A stretch of 64,000 bases of DNA from Eledone cirrhosa (Eukaryota). Position numbers and translations under genes: made by a program. The DNA is taken from positions 24,428,001-24,492,000 of the forward strand of contig OZ024750.1 of the NCBI GenBank assembly GCA_964016885.1. The letters are read 5' to 3'. The notes under the pieces were generated by a model that was not told where the DNA came from, searched no databases, and saw only the letters and a list, made by a program, of their open reading frames with translations. Numbering within the stretch: the stretch's first letter is position 1; each line of letters opens with the position of its first letter. Below, piece after piece: positions 28,204 to 42,200 of this stretch.

Positions 28204-28272
<69 letters not shown>

Positions 28273-29539
28273 GCATTTCATACATGGTGTGAGTACATCA
28301 GTTGGGTCTGGTGAATCAGGGAAGACTAGGACTAAACAACAACAACAACAACATGAACAACATGTAAGTGGGAATAATGCCAGACTGTTGATATTGCTTC
28401 TCACTAAGGAAACACTTTAAACTCTGTCTATCTGTCTGTCTATGCCCCCCCCCCCACACATTACATGTGTGTGTGTGTGTAAATATATATATATATATAT
28501 ATACACATATATATATATATATGTATATGTATGTATATATATGTATATGTATGTATGTGTATATATATGTATATGTATATATATGTATATGTATGTATGT
28601 GTATATATGTATATGTATGTATGTGTATATATGTATATGTATGTATGTGTATATATGTATATGTATGTATGTGTATGTATGTATGTGTATATATCTATAT
28701 GTATATGTATGTATATGTAGATATATATATATATACATATGTATATGTATGTATATGTATATATATATATATACATATACATATGTATATGTATGTATAT
28801 GTATATATATATATATACATATACATATGTATATGTATGTATATGTATATGTATATATATATATATATACATATATGTATATATATATGTATGCATGTGT
28901 ATATATGTATATGTATGCATGTGTATATATATGTATATATGTGTGTGTGTAAATATGCTTTCGCAAATACAGTGTATGGGTATATACATATATATATATA
29001 TTGCATGTGTATATGTATGTTTGTAAACATAGTTTTCTAGGCATTTCCTTGATTACCTGTGTAGATATGCTGACAGATAAATAGGTGCTTCTCTATAACC
29101 TTTATACCTACATGCTGTTATTACCTGAACAGGTAAATTGCACCACATGCTCTTACACATAATTTACCTGCGCACATACTGTGTCCTCTACGGTTGCCTC
29201 ATTGATTTCGGATCAGAATAGTTGGCATGTAGGCTTGATTAGAACAAGTGAGTGGAGATAGAAACAATATATATATCATCATCATCATCATCACCGTTTA
29301 ACATCCAAATGTTCATGCTAGCATGGGTTAGACAAGTTGTTCTGTTGTGAGAAATGCCAAGTCAGTGTGACCATGTTTTGTTCATACAGAACTGATTTTG
29401 GCTTGGTTTCTACAGCTGGATGCCCTTCCTAGCGCCAACCTCATCAAGGACAGCACAGGAAGATACAAAAAATGACTGTGTATAAAAATGACTATAAAAC
29501 GAAAATAAAGGATGTAACAAAAAATATAGAAACAAAAGA

Positions 29540-30370
29540 AAATCCCCCAATTGGTGGTGGAGACATTTGAGAGTTACTCATGGAGAAAGCCCACAAAAGC
29601 CAGTCACTCTGACTGCCAGAGCAACTGCCCTCTCATACGTGTCATCCCTAAATCTACAAGTACAGAGCAAGCCCATTCACTCGGGCCATTCTTGCCTCTT
29701 TCACCCACCTTTCAAAAAATTGCTATGAAGGCAGCACTTCCTTCTCCATCCTGATTTTCCTCTTCAAGTGACACATGAAGAAGTTAATGAGGGTGTTGCG
29801 GAAAAGGAAGGTGCCCGTCTTCAGCCCCTTTTAGATGTGTCCACCATACAATCTCTTTGCCATGGCCATAAGACAAAGACAAACAGCCTGCTCTTCCTGG
29901 CCAAGGAAGGGCAGTGGGGCGATTTTTGATGATGGACTCAGTTGACATTTGGATCCATCCTACATGTGACAGCAGGTGTTCGAGATAAACCCACAAGTCA
30001 GTGATATTCAGACACTGGATGAGTGCATGCACAACGGTTTCATCACCCTGTTCGCATCTTGAACATGCCCGGCTGGCAACTCTTCCATGCCTGTAGAGTT
30101 TATCTCAGACCACCAACACTCCCCAGTAGCACTGTCAGGCCAGGGATTTCTGGAAGTTAACCATAGGCCCTGGACCAAAAGTCCTGTGGAGGAGAATGGC
30201 TAGTTGATTTTCGTCAATGCCCAGAGTTTCCTCAAGAACGTCATCGCTTTTAACCCCTCACTAACCCTCTATAGAACGCCAAGGTTGATGGCTGTGAGGA
30301 CCTGTAGACATTCTATCATCCATAACAACATTAATAGCTGGCAGCATGTGCAATATTATTACTATAGGCA
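29540..30370 (-). mobile_element. L1/Tx1-like LINE C-terminal fragment
   Basis: ACSRCEQGDETVVHALIQC..LWVYLEHLLS (CxxC..ET..H....C zinc motif). Confidence 0.6.
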
Positions 30371-33300
30371 ACCATTTGCAATCTCCAATCTGTAGGGAAC
30401 TTTGGTGGAAGATAACATGTTTTAAAATTTTATAGCCTGAATTTGTTTCTTTCCCTGTGGTTTCTACTGCTGTTGTCATTGATGTTGTTTAACCCCAGGT
30501 CAGCTTTTACCTGGCAGACCTATAATCAAAGGCATTCTAATCATGACCACCACGTCTTTGTAACTAGAAATAGGCCATCCCAGGACCATATTATATAATG
30601 TTCTTTTGCCAAGATGGAGGTGTGTGTGTGTGTGAGTGCATGATTTAAAGGGTATTTGGTTGTTATGTCTAGCAACTCGAGGTACTCTGTAGAAGCACAG
30701 TCATTGACCCATATACGGACTTAACTCCTCCCCACCAAAAAACAACAACAAAATTCTGACTCCTTCCCTCACATTATCTGATATGTCCTTTTCTAAAATA
30801 GAGGATGTTGTATATATGTGATATGAGGGAGATTTAGCAGCTATTTTTAACAGCTTGAGCTACCACCTAAAGGCTCCTTCATTGGCCCACACATATATTT
30901 AACCCCCTCCTCTCAAAAAAAAAAACCAAACAAACCTACATCCCACAAACCCCACACATGACGAAATACTATATAAGCATTTGATATTGCTGGCAGCAGG
31001 TAGCATATGTGTAAGAAGATCTCTTGGAGTAAAGTAATATTGTGTCGAATTTTGTAAATGTGTTGTGAAGTTCTGTGAAATGCCAGGTATGTAGTTTACA
31101 AGCTTTTCTTCTTCAATTGTCAACAAAAGTCATCACCGTTTTTTTCTTTTTTCTTTTCCATGTTGGTAAGGGTTAGATAAATTGTCACAGTCCGAGTTAA
31201 CACGTAACCTTTTTGATACCAAATCGCTTGAAACAAGTACTGGTTCCATGACATGTAGCTATTTGTTTTAAAGTGTTTTTGTATTTATGTAAGAACCATA
31301 GCTATGTTCCCAAACCAGCTGAACTCCTTTGATAGTTACCATAACAAATAAAAAAAAAATGAAATGTTTTAAAATATATATTTATCTAGATATCTTCCAT
31401 CATGATTTTAAGTTATATTCCAAACACCAGCTTAACTCTTTTAATACTAAACTGTCTGAAAGTGCTACTGGTTGTATGGTAGAAAGATGTTTATATTAAA
31501 GTGTTTACATTTATCTAAAATCTTTCTTTCATAATTTTGTCAGAACCTTTATGTTCTAAACAGCACCATAATATTGAGAAATCTCTTCTAATTCTTGATT
31601 ATTTAAAAAATTGTTAAAACATTATTAGCAATGTCTTTCATTAGTAATATAATAATTGTTTCTACTTTTGGCACAAGGCCAGCAAATACCCAGTGCATTA
31701 CTGGTACTTTATTTTATCGACCCCGTAAGGATGAAAGGCAAAGTTAACCTCGGCGGGATTTGAACTCAGAATGGCAAGGGCCGTAACTCTATGCATCAAA
31801 GCATGGTGTCTGACCTTCTACCGGTACTGCCAATCCACCAATGCAAGGATTAAAGTGTTAATATTTATCAAAATCTTTCTATCATAATTTTATGTAAGAA
31901 CCTTTGTTATGATCTCAGATGTGAAGGGTTCCTTAATCACCTCTGTGTTATTAATTTATTATTACTTTATTACCTGTTTTTTTTCTTCTTCTGTTTACAC
32001 ATGTAAATCCCCACTGTCACTGTTTATTTGTATTGTTCTTAATCTTCAGCATGCTGTGGGCGACAAAATGTACCATATGAGTAATCCCCCCTTAATAGAT
32101 AATGCAGTGTCAAGGGAAACAACTCATAAAAATTACAGTGGACAATACAGAAATCATCATCATTATTATTTAGATTGTGGTGGTTTGGCACTGTCAGTAG
32201 AGGGTCGGACAACATGCTTTGTAGCACAGAGTTACGCCCCTTTCTGATCTGAGTTCAAATTCTGCCGAGGTTAACTTTGCCTTTCATCCTTACGGGGTCG
32301 ATAAAATAAAGTACCAGTAATGCACTGGGTAATTGCTGGCCTTGTGCCAAAAGTAGAAACAATTATTATTTAGATTGTCAGTATTGGTAGAGATTTGGAC
32401 AGTATGCTTTGCTGCATATAGTTACATCCCTTTATGTTCTGAGTTCAAATGTCGCCGAGGTTAACTTTGCCTTTCATCCTTACAGGATCGATAAAATAAA
32501 ATACCAGTAATGCACTGGGGTTGATTTAATCGATTTCCTCCTTTCTCTTCAAATTGCTGGCCTTGTACCAAAAGTAGAAACAATTATTGTAATTACTTTC
32601 TGAGTTGAAATCCTGCTGAGGTTGGGAAAATAAAAGTACCAGTAAAATACTAGGGTCAGGATAATTGACTTCCTCTTCCTCACAAAATTGCTGGCTTTGT
32701 GTCAAAATCAGAAGCCATTATTGAAAGGGCAGTAGTGGATTGGCAGTATCGGTAGAGGGTTGGACACCATGCTTTGCAGCATAGAGTTACACCCCTTTAC
32801 GGTCTGAGTTCAAATCCCGCTGAGGTTAACTTTGCTTTTCATCCTTACGGGGTCGATAAAATAAAGTACCAGTAATGCACTGGCATAATTGCTGGCCTTG
32901 TGCCAAAAGTAGAAACAATTATTAAAAGGGCAGTAGATTGACAGAATCTTTAAAGCATCGGACAAAATGGTTTGTGGCAGCCCTTTATGTTTTGCTTTCA
33001 GATCCCAAAAGGTCAGCTTTATGTTTTATCATTCCGAAATCGATAAAATAAAATAGCAATTAAGTACTGAGGATGATATAATCAATTTTCCCCTTCCCCT
33101 AAATTCTTGGCCTTGTTCCGATGTTAGAAAGAATTATCAAAGAGAATCTTATATAAAATACATATTACCCCTACTACCACCACCATTACCCCTACTACAG
33201 CTACCATCACCACCACCACAATTTCTACCTTGACTTTGCTTTAAAAGTATATTAGAATCAATATATCAGCAACTCTGTAACTAATCTCAATGTTTTACAG

Positions 33301-34586
33301 GCTAACAAATCCCTGTTAAGCTTTAATCTATTCCAAAAACTGTTTGATTTGCTGAGGATTAATTCAGAGTTTGTTGCTGTACAGTTTGTGTAACTAGCTT
33401 ATCTCCAATCTGTATGAAGTCTTTGCATATTATAATACATTTATAGTATATAATCTGTTTCTATCATGGATTGATAAAGTAAGATTTACCATTAATTTAA
33501 CACCAGCAGTCTTGTATGGAGTGAAGTGTATTGGCTTAATGGTTAGGGGTGTTAACCTGTTGACTGCTGTGTATATTTTACACAGCTACAGTTGCTGTGC
33601 CGGGTTTTTTTTCAGTAAAATGACTATTTTTTAAATCCTTTAGCATTCACATTACTCTATATATACTATTATATTTTCATGGTAAAGGCTTTACCTCACA
33701 TAATTATCTCACATAATATCGAATCTATGAGATTTTGAAAGTATTTATTTTGAGAACAATACCTTAACATCAGTTTGAGTGACCAGTTACAGCCAGTTTC
33801 AACAGAAAAAGGTATAGAATTCTGGCCGGTTTGAACATTAAAGGGTTAAACAAACATTTATTAACCTTCCTGGGTCTTCATCATTTGGGGCATTCTGCAA
33901 CCTTTAAAGCCCTGCACCTCTTTAAGAAGCTGTCATCCTTCATGCACATCATGTGACTATACCAGCAGTGTCTTCTCTCCTGCATACAACATTTGATCCC
34001 TTTTATGCCTAGTTTCGCCCTTAATACTTTTACACTGCCGTTCATGTACACTTCAGTTACACATCCATCTGATCATATAGGCTTCATTTCTTTCCAGTTT
34101 CCATAGGCTCTTGGCATGCAGAGCCCATATTTTGCCATGTATCTGTGAGCGTTAGTGTAAACAGTTCATCACAACTTTGCAACTTGAGTTGATTCAGTGT
34201 TCTTTAACCTTTCTGATTTCTACAGATTACAAAAGCACAACCAGTAATTCCTGCCTCCTAAATTAAGGATGTTCCATTTAATTCTAAAGTTGATATTTCT
34301 GTCCTTAGACACCATACCTGCTCGGATAGATTGCTTTGTGATCTTTTGAGCTGATGTTTAACTCTTTAGCCTTCACATTACTCTATATATACTATTATAT
34401 TTTCATGGTAAAGGCTTTACCTCACATAATTATCTCACATAATATCGAATCTGTGAGATTTTGAAAGTATTTATTTTGAGAACAATACCTTAACATCAGT
34501 ATGAGTAGCCACTTACAGCCAGTTTCAACAGAAAGAGGTAGAGAATTCTGGCCAGCTTTGGCCGGTTTGAACATTAAAGGGTTAAA

Positions 34587-34800
34587 GGAGCAAGTGTGGT
34601 TGTAGAAACGGGATTTAAAATCCTTTCCAGTTGCACCTATGTAGATGTACTTTTTGTTGTTTTCTGCATGAATGGTGCACCTGTAGACAATTCTGGAGAT
34701 CAAGCAGTTGTTTCTTAGTGGACACTCCATATGGGATCTGCAGTTGCATTTTCCATTCCTACGGGCACGATTGCCTAATTGTTCTCTGGAGCAGGTGTGT
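34587..34800 (-). mobile_element. Penelope-like retroelement remnant: Cys-rich linker and GIY-YIG N-terminal half
   Basis: GKCNCRSHMECPLRNNCLISRIVYRCTIHAENNKKYIYIGATGKDFKSRFYNHTCSF (IVY...YIG.T...FK.R..NH..SF). Cut at a TTAA by a piggyBac-type MITE. Confidence 0.8.
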
Positions 34801-35432
34801 TGAGGATCTGTAGATTAGTAGCTGTCCGATGATTGGAATGGTCAGATTCCACTGTGACGATGAGTTGGTGGTTGGGTTTGGAGTTGGAGCTACCGTGGGT
34901 GGTAAATTTCCAGATCTATTTTTGTTTGATGGCCATTATCAAGCTCTCAAGGTTTGCTGTTGTCGAGAACAAGAACTTGGCAGTGTGCCTATTGAAGATC
35001 CAGTGGTATTTATGTGTTGTGGGGGAAGCATTGGTCAAGGACCCTAAAGAAGATTCCAGGGATGTCCGTTCGGACATGTGTGGAATATGGCTCATAAAAC
35101 AGGCCACATGTCTATTGCACAATTTTCTGTGTGCAGTGCGTGGCCTATCGGTGGTGTTGTTGTAGGTGGGCTGTGCAGGGGCCAGGCATGCTTGAAGTTT
35201 GGTAGTCAGGCAGTCATTTGTCTCTGTGTGGAGGTGTCTATGGTTGTCACCTGTGGCTGGTATGCTATCTATTTGGTATGCTATCTATTTGGGCTGTCAA
35301 ACTTGCTGAATCATCCTCTGAGAGTGAAGATGCTTTTGTGAAATTCTATCTCACTTGACAAAAACCAACCAAGCATAACCACTTTATGTGTATATGTATG
35401 CGTATGTGTGTGTGCATGTGTGCATGCGTTTG

Positions 35433-35469
<37 letters not shown>

Positions 35470-35609
35470 ATGTATGTATGTGTATATATACATATATTTA
35501 TGTATATCTGTGTATATATATATATATATGTGTATGTATGTATGTGTCTATATACATATATTTATATATATCTGTGTATATTTGTGTATATGTATATATG
35601 TATCTGTGT

Positions 35610-35661
<52 letters not shown>

Positions 35662-36639
35662 TTTTGTATATGTATCTCTTTATTTCTACATTAAGATTAC
35701 CCTCAACCTACTTAAAGAATTCTCTTCCTACTATCTTAATCCCAACTCCCTTTCCCTCCTCTAATCCACTACTCAAAACCTTCCCCTAAAAATATCCCCA
35801 CCCTCAACCCTGAACCACTATGAAACTAATAAAGTCTTACTATATTGACATTTCTGATGATTTCATAGGAATAAAACAGTTCTACTCCCGTAGAAGCCAT
35901 TTCTATATTAAATTCCATTATACATGTATATGAACAAATTAAGAAAGTTTGAAAATTTAAAATTTATTTGCTTTTATTATGAAAAGCTGTGACATATTGA
36001 AATAAGTAAAGTAAATTTTGTATATTAAGTTACGTTCGATTACAAAGTGACAGGTTTATATATATATGTAAATATTATAAACAGTTTAACTCTTTAGCAT
36101 TTACATTACTCTATATTTACTATTGTATTTTCACGGTAAAGGCTTTATTTCACATAATATTGAATCTATGAGATTTTGATATTATTTATTTTGAGAACAA
36201 TATCTTAACATCAGTAGGAATAGCCAGTTATGGCAAGTTTGAGCAGAAGGAGGTGAGAGAATTCTAGCCGAATATGGCTGGTTTAAATGCTAGAGTGTTA
36301 ACTCTTTAGCATTTACATTACTTTATATATACTATCATATTTTTGTGGTAAAGGCTTTATCTTACATAATTATCTCACATAATATCGAATCTACTAGATT
36401 TTGGTGTTATTTATTTTGAGAACAATACCTTAATGTCAGTATGAGCGGCCAGTTAAAGTCGGTTTGAACATAGAGGGGTGGGAGAATTCTGGCTGGATAT
36501 GGCTGTTTTAAATGCTAAAGGGTTAATAGAAAAAGAAAAAAAATAGATTGAGAAGATTGACTAGCATGTAAAATAAGAAAATATAAAAAAAACGGAAAAG
36601 GAAGGGAAAGGAAAGAGCTCTAGTGTCACAGAAGTGTGG

Positions 36640-36960
36640 GGAGGAGGAAGGGGGTGGGCTCTGGCCTAGGGCACAGCGGTAATGGGGCTGCGCCTCCTGG
36701 ACAAGACTGCAAAAGTATTTCCATGGACAATGGCCAGCAACACCTGCTGCAACAGCCACTCAACCTTGCCGGGTCCCTCCTTCCTCAGACGAGCTGCTAA
36801 CGTTCCAATCTTGCAGAGGAACTGACCAGTGTGGAACATGAACAAAAGGTGGACAGTGACCTCTGCTGGAACTGAACTCCACATAGGCCATATGATAGTT
36901 GTTCGAACTGTCACACCTGACCAATTCTTCAATGCCTAAATACTGTTGTTAGTAGTTGAC
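36640..36960 (-). mobile_element. CRE-like non-LTR 3' fragment
   Basis: FLCKIGTLAARLRKEGPGKVEWLLQQVLLAIVHGNTFAVLS. Confidence 0.6.
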
Positions 36961-38890
36961 TAGAAATGTAAATAGATCACAGACATCTCAGTTTATGATG
37001 GACTTTATAAAATTTCTATCTACTAAATTTACTAATAAGCCATTGGGTGGCCTGAGGCTATATTTGAAGACACTTTCCCTCAGTGCCATATAGTGGGATT
37101 GAACCCAAGACCATGTCATTGCAAAGCAAACTTCTTAAACACACGCTCATGCCTGCACCTAAATATAATTATATTATCAGTATTATAATTGTATAATTGT
37201 ATAATAAGATAATGTTTTTCACAGGGACGCTCTAATTTCATAAATTGCATTAATTAACTACGAAAGAGTGTACTGAAGCTACTGCTGCTGTTAGTTGATA
37301 CACTACCAGATAGACTACCTAAGGCTCCTTAAACATAAAGCATTGCAAGTATCTTGATGTGTTAATAAAAGAAATGGTGTAATTTGAGATGGTCTATTCT
37401 GTTAATGAAGTATCTCGAGATACATGTTGCTTTCCCTTGATGTTTGTTTAACAAGTGTGATAAGCCACTAACTGTGAAAAATCTAAGAATCTAAGATACA
37501 TGTTGTTTTCATTTGATGTTTGTCTAACAAGTGTGATAAACCGCTAAGTGTGAAGAATCTAAGAGCTTCTTATGCATTTCATTAGTAAAAGAGAAGGGGA
37601 CCAGAATACTTGTAGAGAAAAGTTGATGTATATGATATGTATGAAGCAAAACCAAGGATAGGGATGATGAAATGCAACAAGTGTTTTAAGGACATTTACC
37701 CTCCAAAAGCAGAGGTGATAGTTTTGTGAGTCTGTCCTAGCATAGGTATGCTTTCTACACCTCAATGCCATTCTTAATGCCAACCCAGAGTGTTTTTTTA
37801 TTGTGGCGCCAGTACTAGAATAATTGTAACTCTAATTTGGCATGTTTCTACATGCCAATCACTTTATAATGTGTACAGGGTGTGTATTTTACTGTAGCAC
37901 CAGTACTAAAGAGGTTACCATGTCCTTAACTGAAGTAAAATTCCTCTCTACGATAATTTAGTATGCTTTCTACAGCTGGATGTCCTTCCTAATATCAACC
38001 ACTTTACAGAGTGTACTGGGTGCTTATTATCATGGTACCAGTATTAGAGAGGCAGTCATGTCCTTTATGTGACAGATGAGTCTTCTCCTTGTTTGCCATC
38101 GTTTCTACAGCTTGATGTCCTTCCTAATACTAATCACCTTAGAGTATGTATTGGGAGCATAGTATCAGGGCACCAGCTCTAGAGAAGTTGTCATGCCCTT
38201 GATATGACTGAAGAATCCTCTTTACCATTATTTGACATGGCTTGATCCGATGATGCAGCTGGATGTCCTTCCTAACACCAACCACTTTACAGAGTGTATT
38301 GGGTGCATGTTATCATGGTACCAACCCAGGGCCGGATTTAATTGAGGGCAAAGAGGGTAATTGCCCTGGGTCCCCAGCAGTGGAGGGCTCCACCAGCAAC
38401 AACCGTAGCAATTTATTTGTGCCCTCAGCTGGGATTTTTAGTTTTAGGATGGTTAGAAATTTTGAATTTAATAACTGTATGTATAACTTTTCAATTACAA
38501 TTAGTTGTGCCACGCTAACTTACTTTGATATGTAAAATTTGTGGTGGAGCTGGGGTTATATTCTATTTTTTTTTGTGTATGAGAGCCCCCCCCCCCCCCC
38601 CCCCATACCTGAAGTGCCCCAGGCCCTCCAAGGTCTAAATCCAACCGCTACAGAAGTTGTCATGTCCTTGACATACATTTACAAAATCAATTTCAACTTC
38701 TCATTTGAAATCATTCATGAAAGCCAGACACTCAATTTGTCTCGCTCATACCTGGTCACAGCTGCAACAATGACAACATATGGATAACTTTGTGTAGTTT
38801 CTTGATCTGCTAGAAATAGCCAGTGTAGCTCCTTTGAATCATATTCAATCTACAATGCTTTGAATAAGAAATTTATCTATCCCTGTACAT

Positions 38891-39198
38891 CAGTGGTCAC
38901 CAACCCTTTTTAAACCACAGACCGGCTTCATGCCGGACAATCTTTCTGCACATAAAGGTAGACGTAAAATATGCATTAATTATAAAAATATACATTAATT
39001 ATAAACTGTACTTACAGTTATGATAGATAGTATTGAGTAGATGAATATTGAATATTTAAACAACTCTTTTTAAATTAAATTCTAATATTTAATTTATCTA
39101 TTATATAATTTTAAACAAGTTAATTATTTCTTTGCGTCCCAGTAGCAAATGATCCACAGACTGGTACCTGTCCGTGGCCTGGTGGTTGGGGACCTCTG
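38891..39198. mobile_element. hAT-type MITE
   Basis: TIRs CAGTGGTCACCAACC / GGTTGGGGACCTCTG; 8-bp target duplication CTGTACAT / CTGTACGT. Confidence 0.8.
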
Positions 39199-39532
39199 CT
39201 GTACGTAACTGTCATGAAGGCATGTGGCCTAGTGGTTAGGGTGTTGGACTTACAATCATAATGTTGTGGGTTTGGTTCCTGGACAGAGTTGTGTGTTGTG
39301 TTGTTGAGAAAAATACTTTAGTTCACATTGCTCCAGTATACTGAGCTGAAAACCAATACCAGCACTATCTGGGGGTTTAACTCTGTGATAGACTGGCATC
39401 CTGTCCAGTGGAAAGTGTCATCTAATTCTAAGGAATCCGGGATAAACATCAGCTCAATGAGCCCCAGGACTTGAGACACACTTTAGATATTAATACATGA
39501 CTGATATTTTATTTTATCTATACTGAAAAACT

Positions 39533-39897
39533 GGGTTGCTAACTATAGTGTTGTTGTAGAATTACTACATGGTATAGGTTGCTAATGATGAAGTTGCTAT
39601 GGGATTGGTGCTAACTATAGTGTTGTTGTAGAATTACTACATGGTATAGGTGGCTAACGATGAAGTTGCTATGGGATTGGTGCTAACTATAGTGTTGTTG
39701 TAGAATTACTACATGGTATAGGTGGCTAACGATGAAGTTGCTATGGGATTGGTGCTAACTATAGTGTTGTTGTAGAATTACTACATGGTATAGGTGGCTA
39801 ACGATGAAGTTGCTATGGGATTGGTGCTAACTATAGTGTTGTTGTAGAATTACTACATGGTATAGGTTGCTAATGATGAAGTTGCTATGGGATTGGT
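39533..39897. repeat. 72-bp minisatellite, 5 copies
   Basis: AACTATAGTG at 39541, 39613 and onwards. Confidence 0.95.
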
Positions 39898-39909
39898 ACA
39901 CATCAGTGT

Positions 39910-42200
39910 AGTTGCTAACTATAAAGTTGTTATATAACTAATATACACTAGTCTGGTTGCTAACTATAAAGTTGTTATATAACTAATATACACTAGTCTG
40001 GTTGCTAACTATAAAGTTGTTATATAACTAATATACACTAGCCTGGTTGCTAACTATAAAGTTGTTATATAACTAATATACACTAGTCTGGTTGCTAACT
40101 ATAAAGTTGTTATATAACTAATATACACTAGTCTGGTTGCTAACTATAAAGTTGTTATATAACTAATATACACTAGCCTGGTTGCTAACTATAAAGTTGT
40201 TATATAACTAATATACACTAGTCTGGTTGCTAACTATAAAGTTGTTATATAACTAATATACACTAGTCTGGTTGCTAACTATAAAGTTGTTATATAACTA
40301 ATATACACGAGCCTGGTTGCTAACTATAAAGTTGTTATATAACTAATATACACTAGTCTGGTTGCTAACTATAAAGTTGTTATATAACTAATATACACTA
40401 GTCTGGTTGCTAACTATAAAGTTGTTATATAACTAATATACACTAGTCTGGTTGCTAACTATAAAGTTGTTATATAACTAATATACACTAGTCTGGTTGC
40501 TAACTATAAAGTTGTTATATAACTAATATACACTAGTCTGGTTGCTAACTATAAAGTTGTTATATAACTAATATACACTAGTCTGGTTGCTAACTATAAA
40601 GTTGTTATATAACTAATATACACTAGTCTGGTTGCTAACTATAAAGTTGTTATATAACTAATATACACTAGTCTGGTTGCTAACTATAAAGTTGTTATAT
40701 AACTAATATACACTAGTCTGGTTGCTAACTATAAAGTTGTTATATAACTAATATACACTAGTCTGGTTGCTAACTATAAAGTTGTTATATAACTAATATA
40801 CACTAGTCTGGTTGCTAACTATAAAGTTGTTATATAACTAATATACACTAGTCTGGTTGCTAACTATAAAGTTGTTATATAACTAATATACACTAGTCTG
40901 GTTGCTAACTATAAAGTTGTTATATAACTAATATACACTAGTCTGGTTGCTAACTATAAAGTTGTTATATAACTAATATACACTAGCCTGGTTGCTAACT
41001 ATAAAGTTGTTATATAACTAATATACACTAGTCTGGTTGCTAACTATAAAGTTGTTATATAACTAATATACACTAGTCTGGTTGCTAACTATAAAGTTGT
41101 TATATAACTAATATACACGAGTCTGGTTGCTAACTATAAAGTTGTTATATAACTAATATACACTAGTCTGGTTGCTAACTATAAAGTTGTTATATAACTA
41201 ATATACACTAGTCTGGTTGCTAACTATAAAGTTGTTATATAACTAATATACACTAGTCTGGTTGCTAACTATAAAGTTGTTATATAACTAATATACACTA
41301 GTCTGGTTGCTAACTATAAAGTTGTTATATAACTAATATACACTAGTCTGGTTGCTAACTATAAAGTTGTTATATAACTAATATACACTAGTCTGGTTGC
41401 TAACTATAAAGTTGTTATATAACTAATATACACTAGTCTGGTTGCTAACTATAAAGTTGTTATATAACTAATATACACTAGTCTGGTTGCTAACTATAAA
41501 GTTGTTATATAACTAATATACACTAGTCTGGTTGCTAACTATAAAGTTGTTATATAACTAATATACACTAGTCTGGTTGCTAACTATAAAGTTGTTATAT
41601 AACTAATATACACTAGTCTGGTTGCTAACTATAAAGTTGTTATATAACTAATATACACTAGTCTGGTTGCTAACTATAAAGTTGTTATATAACTAATATA
41701 CACTAGTCTGGTTGCTAACTATAAAGTTGTTATATAACTAATATACACTAGTCTGGTTGCTAACTATAAAGTTGTTATATAACTAATATACACTAGTCTG
41801 GTTGCTAACTATAAAGTTGTTATATAACTAATATACACTAGTCTGGTTGCTAACTATAAAGTTGTTATATAACTAATATACACTAGTCTGGTTGCTAACT
41901 ATAAAGTTGTTATATAACTAATATACACTAGTCTGGTTGCTAACTATAAAGTTGTTATATAACTAATATACACTAGTCTGGCTGCTAACTATAAAGTTGT
42001 TATATAACTAATATACACTAGTCTGGTTGCTAACTATAAAGTTGTTATATAACTAATATACACTAGTCTGGCTGCTATATATGAAGTTGTTATGTAAATA
42101 ATATACACTAGTCTGGCTGCTATATATGAAGTTGTTATATAACTAATATACACTAGTCTGGCTGCTATATATGAAGTTGTTATGTAAATAATATAGTCAG
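39910..42200. repeat. 45-bp minisatellite, ~50 nearly identical copies
   Basis: Unit GTTGCTAACTATAAAGTTGTTATATAACTAATATACACTAGTCTG. Confidence 0.97.

Larger units (their letters stand above)
27725..28205. mobile_element. Fold-back element, ~220-bp inverted arms and ~32-bp spacer, embedded in TA/CA microsatellite
   Basis: GTAGGAGGTGAG... (27725-27945) is the near-perfect reverse complement of 27978-28205 (...CTCACCTCCTAC). Confidence 0.85.

Noticed and set aside
39910-42200. Regular array resembling CRISPR
   Set aside because: Units are contiguous and identical, with no unique spacers and no cas genes; the context is eukaryotic.
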